A stretch of DNA of 64,000 nucleotides from Tubulanus polymorphus. Lineage: Eukaryota; Animalia; Nemertea. Location of the stretch: positions 10,200,451 through 10,264,450 of the forward strand of contig NC_134035.1 of assembly GCF_964204645.1 (NCBI RefSeq), given 5' to 3'. Of this stretch, positions 28,673 to 42,177 are shown in pieces (the stretch's first letter is position 1; each line of letters begins with the position of its first letter). The translations under genes and the position numbers were made by a program. The notes under the pieces were generated by a model. That model was given only the letters and a program-made list of their open reading frames with translations. It was not told the origin of the DNA and did no database searches.

Positions 28673-28896
28673 CAGGGCTGCCAACCACTGAAAATTGCCA
28701 TCAGTAACAAATTGCATGTTTTTCAGTAACATTTCATTGAAATATGAAAGAAAATGTTAAAAATCAATCAGTTATCAACAGTAAGATCTTCAGCAACATC
28801 CTTCCTATTTTTTTTACTTATCGAAGAACTCAAATCAGTATTTCTTATCATAATGAAGTAACAAATACTGAAAATCAGGAACAGTTGGCAGCTCTG
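28673..28896 (+). mobile_element. MITE family B, complete copy with 6-bp TSD
   Basis: TIR CAGGGCTGCCAAC / GTTGGCAGCTCTG. CTTCTT at 28667-28672 and 28897-28902. Confidence 0.85.
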
Positions 28897-28944
28897 CTTC
28901 TTCGGTCTAAAATAAAGGATCGTGAAATATTTCTAATATTCTAA

Positions 28945-29010
28945 ATAGCGCTCTGAGCAGCCTGGCTGGATTTAGCGCTATATAAGACACATATTATTAT
29001 TATATTATTA
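28945..29010 (+). mobile_element. L2-clade LINE/SINE-like 3' tail
   Basis: TAGCGCTCTGAG...TAGCGCTATATAA followed by (ATT)n, resembling the L2-type 3' stem-loop and tandem tail. Confidence 0.5.
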
Positions 29011-29849
29011 TAAATAAACTTATTAATCTTACAACAATCGCTGAATTTCACCATTTCATCGCGGATATTATGATCTTACTGATTCATTCTAATACGAAAT
29101 ATAATGATTTTGCTCGCTACAATTTTCACTTATTTATGATCTCAAAAGTGATCATTTCGTTACTCGCATCCGGTGTAGCGTCATCGGTTAAACTGCAGAA
29201 AAATCTCATTAAAATTTCAATAAAGTAGCCCATTATCGCTAAGCCTTTAAACAAATTCGCTAATCTTTGAGCGAATTCACGTTGAAAAACACTTGAATCA
29301 GAAATCAAATATGTGACAGAACAACTCGCGCTAACGATCGAATCAACCGCATGGAAACTCCGACAAAACGCGGAATGAAATTATGAAAATTTGAACGTTG
29401 CGACCAATTATCGCGCGCGAATTATGGAAATACCTTCACCGTACGAACAAAATAAAATATATGTTTTATACTCATTAACTGATTTAGAATGTCAACTAAA
29501 TACGAATTTGCAGATGGCCGTTAGTCTGAATCAATATTCATTCTCTTAAACTTCAGTCTTCAAGCGCGGGATTAATCTTAAGAATTCGCATTTTCAGGCT
29601 GCAATACGATAGCTCTCAGTCTCGAGAAATCAGCTCCAAGATTGCGAAGAAATTTACGAGATTCGTTCATCTTTTTTTTCCCGGCTCGTCTTCCGACATA
29701 CCCGGATTTTTTTCCATTTCTCTCTCTGTCAGCGGCGGGGAATACAACGACGACGACGACGAGTGAGAATTACTGAATGGAGGGAATCTTCATCTCGACA
29801 TTGCTCCAAGAGCAGCAGCAGCAGCAGCAGCAAATCATCGAGTACTTAC

Positions 29850-30014
29850 AACGAAATCACTGCACAAAAGGGGAACGTAATCCACGTGTGATTGTTTTTA
29901 TCCGATGGCTAGATCGAGCGAAACCCGAAGAACGAAGACAACGGCGAAGCAAGCAATTTGGAGTAGAGTGAGAATAGAGAGAGAGAGAGAGAGAGCAGAG
30001 GAAAGAGTGGCACT
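29850..30014 (-). other. Candidate 5' non-coding first exon
   Basis: Inr-like TCAGT (30016-30012), a (CT)n run, and donor GTT|GTaagt at 29849. Confidence 0.4.
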
Positions 30015-30339
30015 GATACGGCGCTGATGTTACGTCGTCGGTGCGTACGCATACACATCATCATCAGCGGCGCAGTTTCACAGAGTAGTATTTATCGTAA
30101 ATTTGCCTCTTATGAAGAATACCCGGGGATCGGGTTCACAAAGATTACAATAATGACGAAGACGATGCAATCGTCCCATTATAATAGTTACCGTAATAAA
30201 TGCAAATACGAATGAGGCCGAATGATTTAATACCGTAAAAACGTTTCGATTGACCACTGCTGGGATTAGTAGGGTTAGCGCAGTGGTCTAGAGGCAAGGT
30301 TGAAGTTTCCATAAGTCAATTGATAGTGAAGATCTAACA

Positions 30340-30570
30340 CTGGGTGACCACCTTAACTTGACTTGCTTTTTCCGCGACTATTCCCTGAAATACACGTCGT
30401 TTTCCCTGACTTGATCTGCTAAGAATTCAATGAATAAACACAGTCAAATACGTAAACCATAGACGGAAACTGTTTGATTTTACATGCGATCTAGCAATCT
30501 TAACACATTTCCCTGATTTTTAAAAGAAAATATAACCTAATTTTTCTCTAATTTCCAGGTAATTGGCCTA
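30340..30570 (+). mobile_element. MITE family (CAGGGTGGCCAC type) fragment
   Basis: Aligns with 55190-55409 (AAGAATTCAATGAA...TAGACGGAAACTGTTTGATT...CATTTCCCTGA). The terminus GTGGCCACCCTG occurs at 55398 and 36269. Confidence 0.7.
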
Positions 30571-31457
30571 CATGTCTATCTTCATGTATCGGTCATGTCG
30601 GATGAAAAATATCGGGGAAAAAAAATCAAAATCACATTTTTCGAATTTTTCAAATTATGTAAATATGTTCGAAAAGTAACGCACAAAGCGCGATGACTCA
30701 ACCTTACAATCAGACGTGAAAAGAATCGTTAAAACATTTTTCGAATTAACAGACGAAAACTGCGAGATCGAAATTATTCGATTGGAAATATTTCGAAGTA
30801 ACGAACGAACGCACGACCGACGAACGATTGAATCGGACACGATAAAAATAACCGCATGACGACCGTGACGAGATCAATTGGCAAAATGACAGGACATGAA
30901 TCAGAAAAATATCGATTCGATACGGGGAGGGAAAATCTCGGGCGAAGCTGAAGAAGAAGAAAATACGCACACGAAAAACTGATGACGACAATTCGATAAA
31001 AGAGTTCAGAAAACAAGGCAGAAATCATCGACGAAAACCGGTGTTTAACGGATGACGTTCGAAATAACAATCGAAGCCGCAACGACGAAATAATAGAAAC
31101 CACTTCATGAAATTATTGGGTAATACAAGCGCTAAGGAAAGCGCCCGCAAAATTAAAGAAACTATTACGAAAAGATGTTTCTAATCGATGAAATGAAGCG
31201 AATAAATATAGCCCCCCCCCCCCCTCCAAAAAAATGATGATCTCAACTCGTTTCTTCCGAGAAGCGTGATTCATCGTGAAATAGATTTCTAGTTTTTCGA
31301 CGCCTAAATCTGTAAAAGCGTGCGCCTGGATCGTCTCCCAGGTACGATAAATCAGTGTCCGAGCCTCTATAAGACTAACACGCTAAACCACTACAACTAC
31401 AATTACTACCCACACGAAATACAACAAAACCACAATATCTATAATATGAAGACTTAC

Positions 31458-31660
31458 CGTATATATTCTATCAATTATTGTCTAATCAGTCGTGGTTATT
31501 GTTTTCTATTCTAAGAAGCAGCGATCCCCGTACAAACATACGACAATGGCATCCGACACCCGGGGATTTGTTGTAACTGCGCGCGCTGTGTGTGTGACAC
31601 ATAAACGGACGACTTGTGCTGATGCTGCAGCTTACATTCAACTTAACTTTATCTTTTATA
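31458..31660 (-). promoter_or_regulatory. Candidate TATA promoter plus first exon
   Basis: Minus-strand TATAAAAG (31660-31653), then a ~165-nt exon ending ACG|GTaagt at 31457, inside the long CpG-rich block 30590-32400. Confidence 0.4.
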
Positions 31661-32487
31661 CCAACTACGCTATATATAATCCGGGCGGGAGGCGGATGGA
31701 ACGGCGCGCCGAGTTTCATCGCATACTCCAATGATATTTATTCGTACGACAGCGATAGAGAATGAGCGACTGACGACGGACGGATATTTTCGCGGGCAGC
31801 GTTCGTTCGTTCGTTCGCCGAGCACGCCGATGCGAACGCGACACGCGGCCGTCGTCGTCAACGACGATTAAAACGATTATTATTACGTCGTCGATTCACC
31901 GGCGATCGGCCCGATCGATCGTCGCGATCGCGTCGTCGTCGAAATTCGCGTAAATCGCCAAAATTTCCGCCGCATCAATTTCGACGACGTCGACGCGCCG
32001 CAAACAAACGTATCTCGTACACATTTTAATTCAATGAATTTACATACGTTTACCGGCGGGAGGAGAATGGAACGTCGCGTTTCGGAATCAGCACCGACGA
32101 CGACGACAACAACGCGCACGATGATGATTCCATCATTAAATGATTCCCGACGATTACTAAACACACTTCGCAACAAACAGTACACAACGGATCCGTCCGT
32201 CAGTCCGTCTGCTCCTGATGCAGACGATGCTTCCAACCGTTGTCGTCAACTGCCCCGGTTATTTCACTTGGTGTCGCCGTGTCTACCACCGGTTACTAAA
32301 GGCTGTTTCTGACGTTAATTACTACGTCAGTCGTAATTCCGTAATTCCGAAGACGATCGTCCAACCCGACAGAGGGAAAGTGTGACAACTACGAAAGTTT
32401 TCTTGGGAAATTCTTAAAAGATTGAATTCCATCATAAAGCCGACCATACTCTTCACACCAGTGACACACCGGGCTACCTGATATACC

Positions 32488-33209
32488 TAGGGCTGCCAAT
32501 CCCTAAGAAGTGCTATCCGTAATAAATTGAACATTTCATTGAAATATAAAAGAAAATGTTCAAATTAATCAGTAATCAACAATAAGACCCTCAGTAACAT
32601 CTTTCATATTACTATTCAAATTAATCAGTAATCAACAATAAGACCCTCAGTAACATCTTTCATATTAGTGTGTTCAAATTAATCAGTAATCAAAAGTAAG
32701 ACCCTCAGTAACATCTTTCATATTACTATTCAAATTAATCAGTAATCAACAATAAGACCCTCAATAACATCTTTGATATTAGTTTGTTCAAATTAATCAG
32801 TAATCAACAGTAAGACCCTCAGTAACATCTTTCATATTTCTGTTCAAATTAATCAGTAATCAACAATAAGACCCTCAGTAACATCTTTCATATTAGTGTG
32901 TTCAAATTAATCAGTAATCCACAATAAGACCCTCAGTAACATCTTTCATATTAGTGTTCAAATTTATCAGTAATCAACAATAAGACCCTCAGTAACATCT
33001 TTCATATTAGTGTGTTCAAATTAATCAGTAATCAACAATAAGACCCTCAGTAACATCTTTCATATTTCTGTTCAAATTAATCAGTAATCAACAATTAGAC
33101 CCTCAGTAATATGTTTCATATTTCCTGTACGCATCAAACAAATCAATTCAATATTTCTTGTTATAAAATAGTAACAAATACTGAAAATCAGGAACAGTTG
33201 ACAGCTATG
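32488..33209 (+). mobile_element. MITE family B copy carrying an internal tandem array
   Basis: TAGGGCTGCCAA ... GTTGACAGCTATG termini. Confidence 0.8.
32559..33125 (+). repeat. Minisatellite, 10 units of 56-58 bp
   Basis: Unit TTCAAATTAATCAGTAATCAACAATAAGACCCTCAGTAACATCTTTCATATT plus a 4-6 nt linker. Confidence 0.95.
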
Positions 33210-36200
33210 TATATTATTAGAATCTCAAATTCTGTAATATCAAGTAGTTTTACTTCTTCGTACTCGCGATGCAAGGTTACCGAACTTCAGCGTTGTATCA
33301 CGCCGGTTCAGACTTTAACACGCCATTGTGCGTCTATTGTACGCGGGACAAATAAAATCAAAGCGATCAACCATCGTTTGGCAATACCCGGGGACGTGTC
33401 TCAGCGACTGACCTAATCAGGTGAATATGTGCACAGATTACGCACGGGCTCATGCTTTATAAATCAAGGTGTTTTGTATAATGGACCCTGGCGCGGCGCT
33501 GGCCACATCTGCTTTTAGAAATATATCGAACGACGAAAAAGCATTAAGAAATTCGGTTCACAAGACGCTAGAAAAGGTCGTTATATATACTGAACACAAT
33601 CTTGTCTTGTTATATATACATTTACATCGAAAACTGAATCAACCTCCCGAGTGAAGAGGGGAATTTTAAAAAGAAATTTGTATGCAAGACGCACATTAAA
33701 GGAATTCATTTTTTCCAAACCATTCGCAGATAATGGCTTTATCTGCTACGGGGGAAGCCTTCGGGGACGATAAGACCGTTCATAATGCCATTAAAGATTC
33801 GAGACGCTTTCAACGATGGTTTAAGGAACGCGTTGAATTTCCTAAAATAATTGACCTATTGCGCTCCTCGCGACGCCCGGACTCTGAGGAGTATCGGTAA
33901 CTATTTTTTTAAATATTTAAGAAAATGTTCAAATTGATCAGTAATGAATGGTAAGACCATCAATATCTTTATCAATATTAAAAGATAAGACTGTTTTTTT
34001 CGGATATTTGCAATGTTTGTATTTGTGAATGTGTTGTTCAACATATATGGTGTGATACATATTAGAGATCAATATCATCCATCTTAATCTTATAACTTTT
34101 TATGATCTTACGGACAGTGCTTTAAGAGCCTATTATCGGAATAAGGCTTATTATGACGATAATATAACATCTTTCACATTTCTGTAAACATCGAACAAAC
34201 CAAATCAGTATTTCTCTGGACGAAATAGCAACAAATACTGAAAATCAGGGACAGTTGACCGCTGTGGATGTCGTCACTCGCGTATTGAGCTCTCCGTACG
34301 GGTGATAAGAAATTGACCCCGGTGTTAGTACCGTTAGTTCTCTGCTCTTCCATCCGTCCTTCCATAAAATTCATACTTATAACCGGTGTTTATCGGCCGG
34401 CTAATTTATTCGAGGCGCCCCGAATTACGACGATATACGCGCGAGTGCAATGCGATCGAATGAACGTAAAATAAATTAGTATTTGCCGGCTATTATTCCG
34501 GGCGATTGCCGACGACGACGACGCTGCTGCGCGGAGGTACAGGTAAAATTCAAATGTCAATCGTATACGGCGAACGTCATAAAATATTACCGTAATACGT
34601 CTTAATATTCGTGCTAGAAAATCTGTTCTTATAACGGTTGGAATTCATGTCTATTTACATTATAAGAAGTCTAAGAAGAATGTCTGTTTTGAGCAATGGT
34701 AACTTATTCAACAGGGTCATTAATGAAATGGTTATATCAGACCTGCTAACCTATCAATTACATCATCAGGGATAAAGAATTAAATTTTCCGGGAAGCATT
34801 GAGGGAAAATGAAGGAATTAAAACATTTTTTAGAGGGACAGTAGAAACTGCTTCAGAGATAGCAATGGATATTCAATAGCATCAAAAAACCATGCTCAGG
34901 GACAGCAAGGCATTTTCAGGAACTGTCTCTGACAGTCAGACTTACATTTTTGTGATCATATCTAGGAATAAGAAATATTAGTTCCATCACGTCTAACGTG
35001 CATGCATTCGTAGTTAGCATAAATTAAAATAGCGAAAAGACAATCACATCATAATTACATGAATGAAAATATTATGTGAATGTATTTCTACACTACAAAA
35101 TGTAGTCAAGAAAAAGGGCAAAAAGGGAGGTGTGCTTTTATCACAAAAGTCAAGTGCCCTCCTGGCAAAATTGGTTTCAAACAGAAAATCATTGTACATG
35201 TATAGGAGTAAGATTTGACTTGATTATTGCTCATAGATATCAAATTCTACTACAGTTATTCCCATTTCTGTAAAAATGAAAAGTTTCTGTTCCTGGCATT
35301 GAACAGAAAGTCATTTTGTATATATTGAGTTGAAAATATATAATTTGACTCTTGATCTATTCTGCGGAATATCGAATTCTACTATAGTTATCTATTCCCA
35401 TCTCTATAATGAAACGTTTATGATTGTAGTTCGTCCTTAGTGAAACAGGGTTTTAATACGTATAGATCGGCGAGCGAGCAGAGAATACGTTCCGTCCGTC
35501 CGCGAACAAACGTTAGCATCTTTAGATGAAAGACGTTTATTAAACCATAAAGAATCGCATTTAGCCATAATTTTATCGGAGCGCCGGGTAACGAAAAGAA
35601 GCCGGCGTTTTATTTATCTATGTACGAATGATATCTTCACGTTGCCAGCTAACGATAAATCAGAACCGCCCGTGTTCCAATAAACAACAATAGTCCTGTC
35701 GTCGTTGTCGTTGTCGTCGTCGGCGGCGATGGGGTAGCGGTTATTTTTTCCTCGTTCCGTAACGGAAGAAAATCACCCCATAATATAATAGGGAACCGCT
35801 CGCACCAACTTTCACACGAGATGGCGTGACGAGCGCTCGGATTATGTTCCGCTTGTAATGTTTTAGATGATGAATTACATTTTATTTCAACTGCAACCTA
35901 CTGAATGATTATTTTGAATTCGAACTCTTTTGGGCAATCTTGATATTCTAAAACATCCTACAATCCACTTTGCAAAATTCATTAAAAAAGGCTTAGATGT
36001 ATTAAGATCAAGACAAGTTTATATATACATATATTAAGACAAGTTTATATTTTCTGTTAATTGTAAATATTGTATACTTTGTAAGTCTCCCTCCATGTAC
36101 CATAGAGATGGTTGGAGTGTAAATAAAATCCTAATCCTAATCCTTACGTTTTCAACATTGGTGCATCGTCAATTAACTTTGAATTAATCATTTCTAGGGC

Positions 36201-37319
36201 CTGAATTCCTTACCACGGCAGCCACTTGTTTTTGGCTTGCCCCCGACTTATCCCTGATTTCCTAGTAAGTGGCCACCCTGCTTACATTATCACAGGACTG
36301 ATCGAATTTACCTAAAATTCATTTTTCTAATCGCTGGTTGGTATTGTTTTCATTTCATTATAAGTCGTGCTGAATGCGAAAGACTGTTTAACTACTAGCA
36401 ATACCTGGTGGAAACTCGCTCGCCATGGGTGGAATCCTTGATTGCCACAGTAGGTTCCCAATCAGTAACTCAGTCGTCGGAAAAAAAAGGCGTTCATTTG
36501 GCACTATCGCAAGAAATGGACCATACATGATATCGTAAAATGATTGAAATCCTCGAAATCATTCGTCAGCCCGAATCCCTACGGACTGAAATGGATACAT
36601 TATTTTCAGCTACGAAAATCTCATCTATCCAATTCGTATTCATCATCACTTTTCACAAAAAGCAGCAATTTCGTGATTGAACATAAAAACTTGACATCGC
36701 GAAAAACTAACATCCAACATATATCACGCGTATATAAATATTCATAGTCGAAGAAGAAACCGAAATAAATCCGAGGTGAGCGCATTAGCTTTAACGGTTA
36801 ATTTGATTCTTCTATGAAATATGTGGGAAAAATATACGCTCACCTTACATCTAATTATATGAAACTTATCTCAGAGACAGTGTTCGTCTTGTATTCAGGG
36901 TCTCTCATCGTTGTTCTGTAAAATATGAAATAACACGTTTTTTTTATAAGATCGAGTCCACGACTTTCCTTTGCTGGCAACACATCAAATTGTGTTATAT
37001 ATCTTAAGAACGAAAAACATTCGATTCAAGACATTTTTGGTCAAGATGCGAAGTTAAAATAGCAGGAAAACGATGTATAGCGTTTTAGGATTGATCACAG
37101 GACTCCTCACATTGACAATAGATCCAAATATTTCAATGAATTTTTAGAATGAAGTTATTGGTGAGATTCGAAGCTACAATAGCAGGAAAACTATGATAAT
37201 ATACGACTGAAATAACCATTGATGTAGCACTAGGTCTGCATTGCAATGCTAACATAAAATCCCTTGATATGAATAGACAATGGGGTCTGAAATGTTTCCT
37301 TGAGCTTTAAGTTTATATC

Positions 37320-37690
37320 AACATTTTGACTATATCCTAAAAGTCATCTTCAGGGATACTGATGACTATTAGGATTCAGTATCCCTGAAGATGACTATTA
37401 GAATACAGTGTCCTTGAAGATGACTATTAGGATACAGTATCCCTGAACATGACTATTAGGATACAGTATCCCTGAAGATGACTATTAGGATACAGTATCC
37501 CCGAAGATGACTATTAGGATACAGTATCCCTGAAGATGACTATTAGAATACAGTATCCCCGAAGATAACTTTTAGGATACAGTGTCCCTGAAGATAACTT
37601 TTAGGATACAATATCCCTGAAGATAACTTTTAGGATACAGTATCCCCTAAGATAACTATTAGGATAGTGTCCCTGAAGATAAAGTTCGAA
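37320..37690 (+). repeat. 29-bp minisatellite (~11 units) derived from the 5' half of the hammerhead-like motif
   Basis: Unit CCTGAAGATGACTATTAGGATACAGTATC, preceded by the inverted arm AACATTTTGACTATATCCTAAAAGTCATCTTCAGG. Confidence 0.9.
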
Positions 37691-38279
37691 GAAGCCTTGA
37701 AACAAACTACTTGCTCAAGAAAAAAAACATTCTCCAATTATTATCATTGTTAAGGCGGTATTCTATGTAACCGTATCGAAATATCATATACGACCTCGTA
37801 ACAACGCACCCTCGTACCTGTATAAAAGGCGACTCCGTGAATAGCATAAAAATAACGATTTTCCAACGATATCACGAAACACGCACGAAGAAAATCCTGA
37901 AATGCGACAACGGCGTAACAGGAAGTGATGCATATATATACATGTGTGGTAATAAAGTAAGTTAAAACGATCTTCTGCTCTCTTGTCAATACACCGCAGA
38001 ATGTCAGGTGGAGAAAGAAAGCTTCATTTCACAGTCATATCACGAGATGGGTAGCCGCGCCTATTGTCCCGTCTCCCCGTTCCGTGTCAACGCTATGTAT
38101 ATAGATATGAACCACGATAGATGATAGATATACATTTACGTATGCGAATTAGAAAAAAAAATCGCTATCGCACAATGATAAAGGCGGTGGGCTAGAAAAA
38201 CCGACGATCTTAATTACTTATTCACAACAATAACGCAAACATATTATATAATCGATAAATGAGAAAAAAGGTAGGCCTA

Positions 38280-38995
38280 ATACTTCGTAGGTCAACTGTT
38301 TCTATTAGAGATCAGCTTTTTCAAGTGATTGCATTGACCCGGTGAAGCTACTATGCACTAATACTGAAAGTTTATAATGAGTAATTAATTTACACTAATA
38401 CCGAAAAAACTTTGTAAGTAAACTGATTTAATTAGAAATCTGCTTCAATGGGTAGATACTTTCATCGGGGTGAAGCTTCTACGCACCTATTAATGAAAGC
38501 TCGTAATTTCTTATAAAATCAGTTAACCTACTAAGTACTACCAGTTTTGACATACATGAGTTAGATATGAGTTTTTCCTACTGGCACATAGTAGCTTGTG
38601 AAAGAACCTAACTGCTTTAGCCGATTTCCAATAAAATCTGTTAACTTACAAAGTACTACCTTTTTACACGTTTATCAATAACATATTATGAGCTTCCGTA
38701 ACTAGCGCATAGTAGCTTCAACAGGTAAGTGAAAGAATAAAACTGCTTTAGCTGATTTTCAATTACCTGTTCTCACATTTATCAGTTACAAATGAGTTTT
38801 CCCTACTAACACTTAGTAGTTTCAACGGATAAATGAAAGAATCAAACTGTTTAAGCAGATTTCTAATAAATTCAGTTAACTTACGAAGTACTACTATTTT
38901 TCACGTTTATTAATTACATATTAGTAGCTTCATCGGGTATATGCAATTTCTTGAAGAAACTGATTTTCAATAAAATCAGTTAACCTACTAAGTAC
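38280..38995. mobile_element. Foldback-like element with long imperfect TIRs and ~115-bp internal subrepeats
   Basis: TAGGTCAACTG...GTGAAGCTACTA at left matches the reverse complement of TAGTAGCTTCA...CAGTTAACCTA at right. Confidence 0.65.
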
Positions 38996-41900
38996 GACCT
39001 TGTTTCATGATTATCGATTTGAGACCAGGTTGACGCAATAATACTCTTACAATTATTCTCTTCAAATTCGCTCTTAAAATATAAAGCGTATAGTAGTAGA
39101 CCAAAATGAACTCGCGATTACCTGATTGTTGCCTATTAATTCAACCGCCGTTCGCAAAATTAACAATATATGACACGACGCCGGTGGATGATCCGGATCA
39201 TAGTATGAACTCGCGATAACCCGATAGATCATTACAATATCATTTCATGAGTTGTTTTTTTTTTTACATCAGGTTGCGCGACCGCGACTGTGACGCCGGT
39301 AGTAAATTCAGTTGAAATATAGTTCTTTCATCAATTAAACCGCCGGGATGTGTACGCGCATTGATGCGTAATGATGAGTCACGGGTGCGATACATATAAC
39401 ATGAGGCAGTTTTTTGTTCCGTTTATTCATTCATATTATATAATATAGGTATTTTTACTTCGCCACTCAACTTGATATGTAGCTATTATCAGCTATATAT
39501 CAATATGCGAATGGTAACACTCCAGGGCCCATATTCCAGGAATTGACACTTTAAATTCTGCACAGGATACCTTTCTATGGCCCCGGACCGATCATCGGGG
39601 GCCCGTGTGGCTCCCTACACGAGATGAGATTATATCATCCGGCTATAGGCTGTTTTCAAGATGTTACTGACACGAAATCTGTTTGTAGAATTGTTCATTT
39701 ATCGAATATTACAGAAATTCAAAAAGGCACTTCATGGGGAATGATGACACTTTGTTCAACCACCACTGTATTCCGGGATAGTGGAATAGGGTCAGGTTGC
39801 ATGCTTGTATGGTTGCCTTCTCCCAATGTATTGGAAAGTTTGCCAAACTCTATAGTGCCTACTCTGCGTAGTCCTCAAGAAAAACCAGATCCAAATGTAT
39901 CATTTTTCATGTAATCTTACAGGAGGGTCACTAGAAACTATGGAAAATGACAAGTCCTGGGATAGGTCTCATAAATCAGTTAAAGCTTAAAATGGTTAAC
40001 TTGAATGACAATAGCAACTAAACCAGAAATTTGAGTTTAACTATTCAGTGAAAATGGATCCTGGGGTCAGTTGGTCGAAAGTTGGTTTCAGTTAACCAGT
40101 TGATAGTTGACATGGTGAAAGTAGAAACTGCAGTGCTATAACTTTACTGCTGGTTTTTGCTGATGGTTTTTGAGCAAATAGCTTCTGGTTAGTAGCGTGT
40201 ATCAGTTTTTATCAGCCTCCCCTTACAGATTATCTACACAAAATGATACGATTTTCATTTTCAACATTTGTGTTTTCAAGAAGAATCGCAGAAGGATTTA
40301 CTATCCTTTCATCTTTAGATTGAAACGCTACCTATAGACTGGGGCCACCAACGTGTATACTCCATGGATACTACAACGTCCCAAAAACCGCACATGACAA
40401 AAGCTCACATATTTACCTCATATAGTACAAACAATTATACATCAAAAGATTTGCCAAAGTACTAAAACTTGTTTTGAATGATGCCGGTAGATTTTCTGGT
40501 TGGAAAACGAGTTTTCAACGATGACAATAGCCAGGATCATACTTTTAATGCACCCATAGTCAGATTATAGATGTCTGTAGTTCAAATCTTCCATGAGAAA
40601 ATAATGCTTAGTTCATATATACGTTAATGCTATCAACCTCACATGCTGAATGAGGTCGTGGGAACCGACGCCTTGGATCTTCTGAGAATGAGAAATTTTC
40701 AAACTCTTTTCAAACGCTAGTCGAGGATCCAAGATTTTCAGCGATTTCGTTTATATCGTTTGGGATATTGGGAGGATTGGCATGGGAGGGGCAAATTCAA
40801 GATTTCAAAGTCTGTAAGTTCAATAAGGCGCCACTAGAAGATGGCCATAAGCGAAGCCAGTGATCTAGAAACCACAGCACCGAATCACAGCATAAATAGA
40901 ATGAAATTTGTCCATTGGCAATATTTCAGGAATCATGTAGCCTCCCTTCTCCCTCATTTTGAGCTTCCCTGATTTCTTCAATGCTCCTAAATCAAATCTC
41001 AGTTGAAAAGCTGCATTCACACTATCGGATAGTCCATTCTAATTAGGTCTGTGCCTGGAACGGACCGGGTCTAGAATGGACCAAATCAATGTTGTGCATC
41101 CACGTGCATTTTCTAATCAAAACTGGTCCAACTACTTAGATGCAACACTGTGATTGACAGGCAATCAAAGCAAAGTTCCTATTCACCTACGGAGAATTGG
41201 TCCATTCTAGAATTTAGAACAGACCGGGACCAATTTTTTGGTCAGTCTAACCTATTCCATTCTCTGATGGAATGGACTTTAGGACTAGAATGAACGCTTG
41301 GTGAATTTAGAATTGGAATAGACAAAATCAAGATTGTTTTAAGTAACGTAGAAGCTGTCAATGAATAGAATATCTACGTTTGTGTATGATATGTGGTAGT
41401 AGTGGTGGTGGTAGTGGTGAGACAAACTGAAAATGATAATTGTGCAATAAGTCACAGGAAAAACACATTACACACATATGAGTCGGATGTTGAGTGAGTC
41501 GTCTGTCTGTGCTGAGTCATTCATTCAATCATCGCACAAATACTCATTCATATAGATTCTTTTCTGTCAGATGATAATTTGACGAGGAGACCGATTCCGC
41601 GAGCGGTCCTGCTCCTTCGGACCCCGGTGCGTCTCGTTTCTAATTAGAATCTAATCACGTTTAAGACAAGCGTCGATCCCTCCTAGGATTACAAACGACA
41701 GATTTTCATAGTCAATTTCAAACGGTGACGATTATTTTAGATGGTTTTGAGGGACAAAAATACAAACAGATATACGTTGACTTACTCCAGGCTATCTAAG
41801 TATTACTTATGCCATCCGTTCAATCTTAAACATCTTCACAGATACTTGATAATCACAAGTATGTTCAAGGTGCCTTGTCTAAATATGACCATGGACTTAT

Positions 41901-42034
41901 TAACTAGTTTATACGTCCATTGTAAGACCAGTCTATAAGTCGTAGTTCCTCCCTCCAATACAGAACAGATCAGGAATAAGGGGACAAAATAATTTCTATC
42001 AAAGATTTTTAGATTTTTTCTGATTCGGCCAGCA

Positions 42035-42177
42035 CTCAAAATTATAAATCTATTTTCAACATTTCAACTACGACCTAATAGTCATTTTCAGGAATGCTAA
42101 TGTCACAACCGAGAAATATTCCTGAAGATTACTTTCAGGAAATAGTCGAAACGTTGAAAATGAATTTTTAAATCGAG
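42035..42177. mobile_element. Palindromic insert with hammerhead core
   Basis: ATTC-CTGAAGA-T-TACTTT-CAGGAA-ATAGTC-GAAA-CGTT-GAAA at 42118-42159, with an inverted arm at 42035-42095. Confidence 0.65.

Noticed and set aside
29777-29971. PolyQ-containing ORF on the plus strand
   Set aside because: A short (CAG)n run with no splice support or recognisable domain; minus-strand exon signals fit better
32559-33125. CRISPR-like array
   Set aside because: Linkers are only 4-6 nt and recur, the unit is an internal MITE segment, there are no cas genes, and the context is eukaryotic
37360-37690. CRISPR-like 29-bp repeats
   Set aside because: Head-to-tail units with no unique spacers
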